This document shows, one piece after another, positions 12,229-24,462 of a DNA stretch of 64,000 bases (position 1 is the first letter of the stretch; each line of letters opens with the position of its first letter). The notes under the pieces are model-generated. The model was not told the DNA's origin, searched no databases, and saw only the letters and a list, made by a program, of their open reading frames with translations. Origin of the DNA: Phoronis australis (Eukaryota > Animalia > Phoronida); NCBI GenBank assembly GCA_002633005.1, contig NMRA01000620.1:1-64000 (forward strand). Reading direction: 5' to 3'. Both the position numbers and the translations under genes were made by a program.

Positions 12229-13578
12229 ACCGCGTATTGTGCTTGTTACTAAGGCCGCTTTCGGAATCCTGACCACAGCACCCACAATGCACCATTGACA
12301 CCTAATTTCAATATGGCGTCGCTGCAAATCCGCTATTAGCCGTGCGAGCACGTAGTCCAGTCGACAGTTCAACATGTGCATACTCACAACCTTTTCAACA
12401 TTTTTCGTTTTGCTTTCCTGTGACTTTGATTCATCCCAGGGCCTAGCCATCCTGCTAGCTGTGTGAAGACTATCTTCAAAATACAACTAAGTACCAGTAG
12501 CACTGTGAGTTGAGCTCCGTTAGACTCCGAAATTTTACATAGCCCGGGTAGTTCTGCTAGGCACCTCGTCGCGAAACTTATATCAACACGTAGAGCTCTA
12601 AACAGGAAGGGAAGCGTGCAAATATCTGTGTGTGAACCGACACTCACCTTGCCCGCTGGAGCCATTTAAGTGAAAAACAATCTAGTAAACGTTATTTTAT
12701 TTCATGATTCTCAGCCTTTTGTAACAAAGAAAACAGTACGTTCAACACAGTCATGCTATTTCCTAAAATTTTGCGACATCTATCGGGAAATGATGGCAGT
12801 TTCGCAGGAGCAAAATTTGTTATGAAATTCGGTTTCCTGGTATTAAAATACTAAAAACTTGTAAGGAAATGAAATCAGCTCTAGTAATTTGGTGTGACAT
12901 GTACACAGCTTCGAAAAACAATTCCATCGCTTGGAAAAAGAACAACTCGGGGAACGAAACTGGCCAATAAGGCATCAGGTGACGGCGCCAAAAGCCGACC
13001 TTAATGAGCGCACCCAAATTTTAGTAGCAGAGTGAACGGCAGAATGCCAAATTTTTTCAACACCAGTCAATAATTTAGTTAACTCAAGGAAGATTGTAAT
13101 TTTTAACGACATTAGTTTTGTGTCATATTTTATTTGATCAGTTTTTACCCACGTCGATGCAACGACCGCTGTATATTTATTATAGAGCTTGCACCAAGGC
13201 AAGGCTACGCAGTCTGGACCCTTTTCTGGCCCGTGCCGAAAACGGCATCGTTCCACTTATAGCCAACACTACACGGCAGTAAACTTGTATTATGAATTAT
13301 CGAGAGCCGAGATCGCAGACGAAATATACACATTAAGCACCGTTCTGTAGCCAAGAGGCATTCACCCAATGAGCTATACACATGATAACCTTGATTTATT
13401 TTATTACCTTCACCCACGGTACAGCCTCAGTGACGCGCGTTAGCCAATAGGAATTAACATTGGAAAAACTCTTTTTTTACAAAAATGTGAAAGAGTAAAA
13501 AGATGTGGTTTCTGATATAGACTTTATTCACCAATTAAATTACATTAAAAATACATGTTATCTTACTTCATGAACCTT

Positions 13579-14209
13579 TTAATGTTTTATGCCCAGTCAG
13601 CTAACAAACCAGGATTGCTCTTATTGATCGATTTTGAGAAAGCATTCGATTCATCGTCGTGGAACTGTATTAAAAAAATCATCTTTGAGTTTCCTTAACT
13701 TTGGTTGGTCGATCAGGGTGGTAAAGGTCTTTTATAGTAATATTAAGTTGTGTGTTATCGTAAATGGTAAGCGATCTTCCCGGATCAATATTTCGCGTAG
13801 CTGCAGACAAGGTGACCCTTTGTCTGCCTACTTATTCATATGGAGGTTTGGCGTATTTAATCAAGAATGATAAACAATGTTACAGGTGTATTTGCAGGAA
13901 ATAATTAATATTTGATTTCGCAATATGCGGACGACACATCAGTTACTTTGTATGGGTCAAATTTGTCATTGACTAGCACATTGAATGTACTACATTTGTT
14001 TGCTTTTGTCTCCGGTCTCCGAGTGAATGTGGATAAAACAAAAGCCACTTGGTTTGGAAGTAAAACTGGTAGCCATGACGTGATTCCTACGAAAGAAAGC
14101 CTGTCTTGGACAAAAAATGTTTTAGATTTTGTGGGGTGAATTTTGACACTCAATTGGATAGTACATGTATAACGCATAAGAACTTCAGTGCAAGAATAAC
14201 TGAGATTAA
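13579..14209 (+). pseudogene. Tx1/L1-clade LINE ORF2 fragment 2 (RT core)
   Basis: GLLLLIDFEKAFDS, SCRQGDPLSAYLFI, ISQYADDTSV, SGLRVNVDKTKATWFGS; frameshifted. Confidence 0.92.
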
Positions 14210-15565
14210 GAATGATTCCATATAAAAGCATATGAAAATGAAAAATCACTATATTCTCAAAAATTCATACAAAGCTTATATTTTGTGCATGTGTTGGGAT
14301 GCTGGCACAAAGTACACTGCTGCATTATTTGCACTCAATGACCTTTGGTTACCGAGATATGACCTATTTGGCTATAAAGACATATTTTGCATTTTTTCAT
14401 GTCAATAAAACTGCACTTTTGGAACGGCAAAAGATCGAACTTGGAATTCTGGTGACAAAGTTTGACACATAAAGACTCATGTAAGGTTAGTAAGAGAATG
14501 AAATTTGAAACTCGTAAGTACATTTAAATTTCCAGCAGGGGAGAAAACTCCGAGACCACTTTTCAGGCCAGTCACAAGTGGCAAGATGTTGCTTAACCTG
14601 CCTGCTATATCGGAATATATTTGAAGTTGAAATTCTCTGTATAGACAATTCTAAGACTGACCTATGCTAATTGCTTTTAAAACAAATTGTTTCTTATAGA
14701 TTTAGTGCTAAACGTGGCCCTCGAATTTGGGCAATTTTGTGATGTGGCCTTACTCTGACTGACAAGAGAATTGAGGCTACACTTTTAATTCAAAGATATC
14801 ACCTAAAATATATGATCTAATATCAACAATGCAATAACACAGAAATTTAAGTTTCACTTTTGAGACCCCAGTTTTCTGGAACACTCTGTTTAACTTTACC
14901 TATAGCACTTTAGGGTTCGAAATTTCATGCACTTCCTGTCACTGCAAAGAATAGGGAGGAATTTCCTTCTTGTGCATTTGGTCAATTTTTGTTACTAAGG
15001 TGGGATCGCGGAGAAAATTTGGCCTTCATTATCTGTGTTAAAGACGTCAGAAGTTACCTGAGGTCGTGCAAAGTGCCACAGAAATTTGAAAGTATATGTT
15101 GGGCTGAACAAAGACAGCAATAACCGACGGCAGTTAACTCATGTTCCACAAGAATCTGATATAGATTTGGGAGAGCGATAAAAATGCGTAAAAATGGCCT
15201 TAATAATAAGCAATGAAAATGACATTTTTGTAGGCTAAAATGGAAGGACATAAAAAATTAATAAATTCATCCACCCTAATTTTTCTTGTATGATATTCTT
15301 TCTTCTTTCTATTATCTAGTTATTTTTTCAATAGCGTGAAGCGATGATGTGTTGTTCCCGACAAAACGTCACCTACTTCCCAGTACTTCTATTTGCTAAT
15401 TCTCAGAAAAAGTACAAAGTGGTCGTAAAAAGAGTTAAAAAACTCAGAAACTCTTAAAAAATCAGGATCAGGTTTCTTTTGATAAGACCAGCTGATGTGC
15501 TTAGTTTCAAAAAATGGTGATTTTGCACCTATAGCCCACAATCTGGTTTTTATATGGAATTGCTC
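14210..15565. mobile_element. Second TTAA-specific (Kolobok-like) non-autonomous element inserted in the LINE
   Basis: ttaa|gaatgattccatataaaa ... ttttatatggaattgctc|ttaa. The LINE frame resumes across it (EIK|SVLKSWSR*NLTPF). Confidence 0.82.
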
Positions 15566-15624
15566 TTAAGTCTGTATTAAAAAGTTGGAGTCGGTGAAAC
15601 TTAACGCCGTTTAGTAGTGAAACT
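15566..15624 (+). pseudogene. Tx1/L1 LINE fragment 3 (W..R.LT motif); duplicated at 20723-20781
   Basis: KSVLKSWSR*NLTPFSSET bridges fragments 2 and 4. Confidence 0.7.
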
Positions 15625-16029
15625 CAGGCCTGTAGCCAGGGGGGGGTTCGGAGGGTTTGATCGAGCCCCCCCCCACCACCGAAAAGGTCCAGCCCCAGCC
15701 TCTCCTTTAAAGCAAGGATATAGATGGACAACAACAATAATATTGTTGCTGCTACTCGTACTACTAACTACAATGATAACCAAGTTAGGTGCCAAATAAA
15801 TTTGAATTCTGATTAAGTGCTTCACGTAATCATCCTGGCTTAGGCTACCCGGCCAACTTCGCCCGAATGGTGAACTGGTGCAATGCGTGGATGACAGGAT
15901 TGTGCAGAAGAATGAGATAAATATGATATATATATAATATATATATATATATAAATATATATACATGTTTATATGCAGATGTGGGGTTATTATGTGAAAC
16001 CTTGAAGTGGGGTAAAATTTTGAGACCTT

Positions 16030-16255
16030 GTTCCGGGGTATATATAAAATATATAGCCCGCAACTATATATGCCCTATTGGGTATATGCCCCGGAACAAT
16101 ATATATCCCGCAACTATATATACCTCACTAGGTATATGCCCCAGTACAATATATATAGCCCGCAAGTATATATGTCCCGTTAGGTGTATACAATATATAT
16201 CCCGCAACTTTATATGTCCCATTAGATATATGCCCCACTACATTATATATCCCGG
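16030..16255. repeat. Degenerate tandem repeat (~45-50 bp) with atatat(a)(g/t)cccgcaactatatatg units
   Basis: 4-5 imperfect units directly visible. Confidence 0.75.
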
Positions 16256-19200
16256 TTTTCCACTGTCTGTGTTAGGTTCTACGGTATAAGTTGATACCTT
16301 TGATAAAAATACACTTCAAGAAATACGTTGACACCATTGTGAATGACATTCTTGCTTAATTTGCCAACAAAAACTCACAGATGAACATTTAACCATTTAT
16401 TGATCTTGCACATAGTGAAATATGAATACCCAAATTATCTTTAAAATCAAGTGATGGGCACCAAAAATAGAGGGTACATATAGATCCATAGGAACAATGC
16501 TTATGATATGCATGTACAGTTTCATCCTGCACATCTTGGCAGACTTCCAGTCACCACAATTATAGAATCCGACCATTTTAGTAACAACTACCACTAAAAA
16601 TGTAATAAAAGAAAATTTGACAGTGTTAAATTAAATGGTATTTGCTTTCTTCACACAAAACCTCTTATGCATAATGACTACAATACTCAATAACTGAAAG
16701 CAGTTATTTTTAAAGATGTTTAAACTGCAAAACCTGCAATGCCATTTGCCTGTATTGTCTTGTCTAATTAACAAAACTCAGGTTCTGAAACGCTGTGGTT
16801 GAAGTGATGATGGTGATGTTGAAGACCCTAAGGAACGTAGGTGACACTTTATAGCTTAAGACACAAAAACATAATTAAAATATTCATTGTCACTATCATT
16901 AGTAAGGGCAGATCCAGGTAACTCGCAACGCCATTAACAAATGTCCTGCTATCATCACTTTGAGCATCACAAACAGATCCCAATGACTTTTTTACCACCT
17001 CGATGGAGACTGTCGTATTGTCATCATCACTCTCAGCATCATGGCATAGCTTGGAAAATTTCCCTTTATCTTAAAAGTTTCCAGACTTCATACACTTGAT
17101 GACATCAATTCAGTCTATTGCCTGAAAATACAATTGAAGTTTTTAAACATACATTTTGCTATGATAAAAGTTTGAAGATAAGGCAGGATGTTCTTTTTCA
17201 TAATAAATGCATTGTGAAAGCTCTCATAAACAGCTTTTGTTACAGTGTCTAAGACTTAATTTTAGGGAATTACAGGCATTTTTTGTATATTGTATTAAAC
17301 TTAGGCCTGACAGGTATCTAGTTAGTTTCATANNNNNNNNNNNNNNNNNNNNNNNNNNNNNNNNNNNNNNNNNNNNNNNNNNNNNNNNNNNNNNNNNNNN
17401 NNNNNNNNNNNNNNNNNNNNNNNNNNNNNNNNNNNNNNNNNNNNNNNNNNNNNNNNNNNNNNNNNNNNNNNNNNNNNNNNNNNNNNNNNNNNNNNNNNNN
17501 NNNNNNNNNNNNNNNNNNNNNNNNNNNNNNNNNNNNNNNNNNNNNNNNNNNNNNNNNNNNNNNNNNNNNNNNNNNNNNNNNNNNNNNNNNNNNNNNNNNN
17601 NNNNNNNNNNNNNNNNNNNNNNNNNNNNNNNNNNNNNNNNNNNNNNNNNNNNNNNNNNNNNNNNNNNNNNNNNNNNNNNNNNNNNNNNNNNNNNNNNNNN
17701 NNNNNNNNNNNNNNNNNNNNNNNNNNNNNNNNNNNNNNNNNNNNNNNNNNNNNNNNNNNNNNNNNNNNNNNNNNNNNNNNNNNNNNNNNNNNNNNNNNNN
17801 NNNNNNNNNNNNNNNNNNNNNNNNNNNNNNNNNNNNNNNNNNNNNNNNNNNNNNNNNNNNNNNNNNNNNNNNNNNNNNNNNNNNNNNNNNNNNNNNNNNN
17901 NNNNNNNNNNNNNNNNNNNNNNNNNNNNNNNNNNNNNNNNNNNNNNNNNNNNNNNNNNNNNNNNNNNNNNNNNNNNNNNNNNNNNNNNNNNNNNNNNNNN
18001 NNNNNNNNNNNNNNNNNNNNNNNNNNNNNNNNNNNNNNNNNNNNNNNNNNNNNNNNNNNNNNNNNNNNNNNNNNNNNNNNNNNNNNNNNNNNNNNNNNNN
18101 NNNNNNNNNNNNNNNNNNNNNNNNNNNNNNNNNNNNNNNNNNNNNNNNNNNNNNNNNNNNNNNNNNNNNNNNNNNNNNNNNNNNNNNNNNNNNNNNNNNN
18201 NNNNNNNNNNNNNNNNNNNNNNNNNNNNNNNNNNNNNNNNNNNNNNNNNNNNNNNNNNNNNNNNNNNNNNNNNNNNNNNNNNAATTCTTGATTATTTTAG
18301 CAGAACTGAACACCTTGTGACGAAAACAGCATCGATCACTTCTTCATCTGAAACAAATTATAAATGCAGTGATCTATGCTGCACCTTTACATTTGCATTC
18401 ATTTGTTTGGCTTACTTAAATATGTCTTCTAAATTTCCAATAACATGAGTTTGAAAGTTTTTAAGTTATTAAATGGTTCACCTAGTTAACAATAAATATG
18501 TTGCCAAGAAAACTGTTGCAAATAACGAAATGTGCAATATGCTAGTTGATGTATGTCTGAAAAAGAGGCTCTATGCTGATGGAATAAGGATCAAAATGAC
18601 TCTTTAGTTACCTAATGAAAGAATTAAATCAAAGTAGCCACTAATTATGACCTCGCACTCATGAGTTCAAAAAATTAAAATAGCGGAAACCTTGCAAAAA
18701 TGTGTAGAATCTAAGAAAATGTATATGTATATTTCCCAATCATTTATGTGAAACTCACACCCCTACTTAACTCACCCGTGTGAAGTTGCATGTTTCCTTA
18801 CTCTGAGAAAACAAGCACCAAAATTCTATCTTCATCTGTGTCATTGTCACTTGAACTGAAAGGAGTGACAACATTCTCATCTGGAAAAAATCAAAACTGT
18901 CAATAGAAATGAAATGTTGTCTATAGTCCAAAGGGTCTTTAGTCCGAAAACAATACGAACTATAGCCCGAAGAGTCAATAGTCGGAATAGAAAACTTGTT
19001 AATAGTTTTTTTTACATTATTCTGTAACATACGGAGTTAAATGTCTTCAGGATTTCAGTTAATTTTACACCATTTTCTCCATCTTTTAAAATTCCGTAGA
19101 GCTCTGTGATGCAGGCAAAGCTCTCTTTCGTGAGATTGTGGTTATTCAATGAAAAACAACCTGAACAAGATACATGTACGAACACTTAGTTTGATGTTGA

Positions 19201-20781
19201 AAAATATTCTAGGTAACTACCGAGTTGGTAACGACAGATAAAATTCCACTTAATTTTACAGTGCTGTAGTGATAAAATAAGAGGTAAGCAGGCACCCTTC
19301 GTGTCGCTTTTAGCGCTGAATTTTAAAAGTGCATTGAACTCGCAAAACCTGACTCACAAACAAGTAGGCATATATTTTGACTCATGAGTAGGTATTCACA
19401 TAGAGTCTGCAGTGGCGGATCTTGGATGTCGGAGAAAAAGGGTCAGGCAGCACATTTTCGAAAGCAAAGGTCCGCGTGCATTCCAAGTGGTCTCAGAAGG
19501 GGGCCCAAGCACAATTATAAAGGAAAATAGAAGCGTAACGCCCAGAAGCGATAAGGTGGCAGCGACTTTCAGTCGCCCGTGGGGTGTGTCCTCAGGGCCC
19601 TTCGCCCCCCTCCCCCTTTATTCAGCTATGGACGTGACACCATAACTATTTCTTTATCTTGAAATATTAATAAAAAATTCCATTAATCGGCTAGCATACA
19701 TGTACACCATAACTACCGGTGGTTAGGTGCTATGTTGAACAGCAAAAAGGTAGTTGGCTGCGCCTACATGCACCTATGCCCCACTACAGCACTGTCAGAC
19801 TATTGACCAATCGACCCACAGACCCTTTGGACCACTCCATCCCTTGTTGAATCATTTAAGCAGACATCAAAGTTACTAAGATAATTCTAATATCATCTAT
19901 ATCTTTAAGTATTTTTTCACAAGGTCTGGTCTGGTGTTTGTGCCCTCTTTTTAATGACAACAGAAAATATGTTTAGTGAATACAAATTTTAGACACTTGG
20001 TTAGTAAAGATTTGAGAACCTGTATATTTNNNNNNNNNNNNNNNNNNNNNNNNNNNNNNNNNNNNNNNNNNNNNNNNNNNNNNNNNNNNNNNNNNNNNNN
20101 NNNNNNNNNNNNNNNNNNNNNNNNNNNNNNNNNNNNNNNNNNNNNNNNNNNNNNNNNNNNNNNNNNNNNNNNNNNNNNNNNNNNNNNNNNNNNNNNNNNN
20201 NNNNNNNNNNNNNNNNNNNNNNNNNNNNNNNNNNNNNNNNNNNNNNNNNNNNNNNNNNNNNNNNNNNNNNNNNNNNNNNNNNNNNNNNNNNNNNNNNNNN
20301 NNNNNNNNNNNNNNNNNNNNNNNNNNNNNNNNNNNNNNNNNNNNGTAAAAATGGCCTTAATAATAAGCAATGAAAATGACATTTTTGTAGGCTAAAATGG
20401 AAGGACATAAAAAATTAATAAATCCATCCACCCTAATTTTTCTTGTATGATATTCTTTCTTCTTTCTATTATCTAGTTATTTTTTCAATAGCGTGAAGCG
20501 ATGATGTGTTGTTCCCGACAAAACGTCACCTACTTCCCAGTACTTCTATTTGCTAATTCTCAGAAAAAGTACAAAGTGGTCGTAAAAAGAGTTAAAAAAC
20601 TCAGAAACTCTTAAAAAATCAGGATCAGGTTTCTTTTGATAAGACCAGCTGATGTGCTTAGTTTCAAAAAATGGTGATTTTGCACCTATAGCCCACAATC
20701 TGGTTTTTATATGGAATTGCTCTTAAGTCTGTATTAAAAAGTTGGAGTCGGTGAAACTTAACGCCGTTTAGTAGTGAAACT

Positions 20782-23421
20782 CAGGCCTGTAGCCAGGGGG
20801 GGGTTCGGAGGGTTTGATCGAGCCCCCCCCCACCACCGAAAAGGTCCAGCCCCAGCCTCTCCTTTAAAGCAAGGATATAGATGGACAACAACAATAATAT
20901 TGTTGCTGCTACTCGTACTACTAACTACAATGATAACCAAGTTAGGTGCCAAATAAATTTGAATTCTGATTAAGTGCTTCACGTAATCATCCTGGCTTAG
21001 GCTACCCGGCCAACTTCGCCCGAATGGTGAACTGGTGCAATGCGTGGATGACAGGATTGTGCAGAAGAATGAGATAAATATGATATATATATATATATAA
21101 ATATATATATATGTATATATATGTATATATATATATATATAAAAATATATATGGGGCAGACGATTAGAGGAGTCTTTAGGTTTAATTCTTGGACATTGAA
21201 CGCACGTGGTAGCTACACCAAAGTATAACCAAAAAAGTGTAGAAGTAAATGTCTGTGACTAGATAAGCTATATAGCATCGAGAGAGCTCCCGAATGATCA
21301 CAAAAAGTATAGTGCGGTGTGAATGCCTTAAAATCGACCGAAAACAAAACAGCAGGAAATAGATTTGTCGTCTGCTGTTGTGGTATACTTGATAGCATAG
21401 TACGATAAAGTGCAGACACTTTCAAATTTCGAATTGAAAGTGATCCTCAAATATTTTGTTCATCTACTGTCCCCTTTGATTGTGGATCGGTGGATTGACA
21501 TGCATGCGTGTTCGCCTGTGTGCGCTTCCTTTCTCTTTAAATTCAATAGGCCTACATGTACACGTCGAAGGTAAGTTCACTATTGGCAGTCCTCCTTTGT
21601 TGCTCAAAAACCACCCATTTAACTACCGTGTTTTCTTGCATTGAGAAATCCCCGACAAGCATGTTTACATTATAAGGGAAAGGTAGCTCTAGACCTAATA
21701 AAATCTTTGGTCAATGATTAAAGTCTTCTCTTGTCAATCAGTGTCAATGGTGCACAGCCTCGCAAGCTTCATACGACCAACAAACTTCATTGAGAATGTT
21801 TCCACTGTTCAAAGGGTTCAGTACTCCGAAGGTTCACTACTCTGAAGATTCACTACACCGAAGTTTCGCTACCTTCGAAAGTTCCTTACTTCGAATGTTC
21901 GCAATTCCGAAACCAGAATTCCGACAGTTCATTACTCTGAATGTCTGCTAATGAGTCGGGACTGACATGAATAAAGCTTTTTTTGTCCATTTAGAAACCA
22001 TTTAAAGGGTGTGCAAGAGTAGAATAGTTATTAAAACATTGATTACATTGTTTACAAATTACTGCCAATCGTGATTCTCCAATCTAAGTAGCGACTTATT
22101 CGAAGCAGAGACAACGTCTAGGGCGCGGGTCAGGGCTGCGGCGACCAACGGTGGTTTTAAATTTTATAAGACTAAATGAGACTCTCTGACTTTGTGAAGA
22201 CTGGCAGAGACAAGGTAGCCTACTAGCTACATTAAATTTCGGTAAGGCCATGCGCGTGGCTCCGATGGGTAAGGTGGAGGCGCATCGGTCCTAAACCTTT
22301 CAGTCACGCTGTTAAATGATGAGACCTTGACATGGATTTGGTAAATGTATCGTGGTTGATAATTCATCAATATTCCTACTTCATTGTCTTTTAGAAATGC
22401 AAGTACGAACTCATTTTCCGTATTCTTAAGGCATGCGGCAATTTCTCATGCGCATGAAATCCAAATAAAGTGTTTTATTACGACCGAGACTTCGCTCGTG
22501 TTTTACGACCGAAATCGCTATATCCAATAACAAATTGGTTTGAAAGTCACGTGAGCAGTCTAAAGAAGTTTTAAGTTAGTATTTTTCGCTCGTAAATTTA
22601 GCAAGTATAGTCAATATATTTAAGTAAAAGTCTACGAGACTACCAGCCCCTAAATTAATACGCAGTTGACATTGTTTTTGTTATGCAAATGGTTTGTTAT
22701 TCAAATGTATTGAATAAAGAATGGGTGATTTACCACCAACATTTAGAAATTCTACTACACAACCCCCTAAAAACGGTTTGAACCAATGTTTTTGCGATGT
22801 CATAAGTCATCTGCACGCATTGTTAAGAGTAATAGAACGATACTTTGCCTACATAAATAAAACGCATGGTTATTTTAACAAATAATATAAAAGTATTGTC
22901 AGACAAACTGCTAGATATACATTTTGGCGATGTGCTAAAATCGAACCAATGGTTAGGGCAGCAAGTAAAAACATTTCAGTAAGTCTTTGATATTTGCACT
23001 TATGTACTTTGCACCTGAGATTTTACTTTCTGAGTACTTCACAACATGTGAAAAATATGAGCGTAAGTTAACGAAAGTAAAACTATTAGCGAAAAATATG
23101 CTTGTAGAATAACCAGCGCACAACTGTTTCAGAGCTCACGTAGCCAACAAACCAATTTCTCATTGGATAGAACAATTTCGGTCGTAATTACGCGCGACAC
23201 TTTCACCCGTATACTTTCTGGGCCACATTACATCCGAATTCGAGCTGATATCTGGTATTACAAATTTCGTCTCATCTAAGGAACGCAGAGCTGAGAGCCC
23301 CCTAGTTAAGCTGCGTCATGATCCTTATCGAGAACTCTACAGTGTCGACGTTTGCAAAATATCAAAGGTCCACCGTTCTATAAATTCGAACCACCCCCGA
23401 GCAATGCTGCCTACGGGCCTG
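20782..23421 (+). mobile_element. hAT5-like composite non-autonomous element, copy A (left end duplicated at 15625)
   Basis: TIRs caggcctgtagccag ... ctgcctacgggcctg; 5-bp TSD aaact/taact. It interrupts the LINE between fragments 3 and 4 and is homologous to 31095-35802 and, inverted, 38651-40727. Confidence 0.8.
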
Positions 23422-24462
23422 TAACTATAATTAAAACGTTAGCTAATTCTAAGCTTAATTTTTTGTTGACAAGTATACCAAATCCACCAGTAAACGTCTT
23501 GGATGAATTGAATACGATATTCTTTAGCTTTGGATGGTAGGCTCGTAATGATAAAATTAAACGAACTACGCCCAAGGGGGACTTTAAATGGTTAATAGAG
23601 ATACTTTAAGCAAAACTTTAAAGCTCGCCGTGGCCGTAGATATCTTGAAAGTCCTGCGTCTAAAAGTAGTCAGTTACTTCTATACCCAGTCTACCTGTTC
23701 TAAGTGCTTCATTTGGAGAAGACTTTATTACGACGCAGTTAAATCTAATTGACAATTCCTGCTGGTGCGATGTACTTGCACGTATGACATCTTTCTATAA
23801 GAAAGTAATTGTTGCGAGTAAAGAAGACTTTTTGAATCCATCTTTGTGGTTTAATAGTAACTTGGAGATCGGAGGCAGAAGTGTTTATAAGTCTTGGTTT
23901 GTAAAATGCTTAAGATTTATCAGAGATATGTATACCTCTGACCGCGATTTCGTTAGTCTAGACCACGTGATAAATGTGTTCGATGCAAAAAAAACAACTT
24001 TGCAGAATATAATGGTGTTGTTTCTATTCTAAGGTTTCAAAAGAAAGTCTAATTTAAAAGTGTTTTAATAACACATTAAAATGTCTATTCTCCTTGCATG
24101 CCTTTAGCAATTTCTCACGGAAAGATATGAAGGGTTGTAGACATATTTGTTTTATTTTTAACGACATTAAGAAACCTTCTAAGTCAGAGTGGAAATGGGA
24201 AATGGAGTTAGGAGGTAGTTTCAATTGGAAGAGAAATACCCATTGCCTTATGAAATTACGAAGGAACCCAACAATAGATGGTTCTAATTTAGAATATAAC
24301 ACTGGATTATTGCAACAAATACTTTTGGTCAAAATCCAAGTTCGGGATTCTAATTTATGTTCCTTTTGTAATGAAGGTCCAGAGGTGCTGTTTCACCTAT
24401 TCTGGGAATGTCGCCGTGTACAAAATTTTTGGAAGGAATTCAGCAAACTACTTCAAAGTGCG
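23422..24462 (+). pseudogene. Tx1/L1 LINE ORF2 fragment 4 (C-terminal region with CCHC knuckle)
   Basis: TIIKTLANSKLNFLLTSIPNPP..FFSF.W...DKIKR, PSLWFNSNLEIGGRS, CSFCNEGPEVLFHLFWECRRVQNFW. Confidence 0.88.

Larger units (their letters stand above)
10849..12334 (-). mobile_element. ISL2EU/Harbinger-like mini-element with AT TSD carrying a THAP-domain relic
   Basis: AT|agcggatttgcagcg ... cgctgcaaatccgct|AT: perfect 15-bp TIRs. THAP coding sequence points inward from the right TIR. A second near-identical left end lies at 32346-32718. Confidence 0.8.
10639..13578. mobile_element. Kolobok-like non-autonomous DNA element inserted in the LINE RT
   Basis: It interrupts the LINE exactly between ...YDL and MFYAQ... 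Flanks are TTGA/TTAA. A perfect subterminal inverted 16-mer gtcactgaggctgtac (10811-10826) / gtacagcctcagtgac (13419-13434) is present, with patchy TIR similarity. Confidence 0.72.
15188..21080 (+). repeat. Near-identical direct duplication 15188-~15950 / 20345-~21080 (offset 5157), second copy starting at an N gap
   Basis: Essentially base-identical sequence from gtaaaaatggccttaataat to the (TA)n tract. Probably two haplotypes assembled in tandem. Confidence 0.85.

Noticed and set aside
19410-19630. hAT-like MITE (cagtggcggatct...)
   Set aside because: The right TIR is degraded and no TSD was found, so it is not supported well enough to list.
17207-20408. Long ORFs (413, 331, 143, 139, 135 aa)
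   Set aside because: They consist mostly of N-gap translation.
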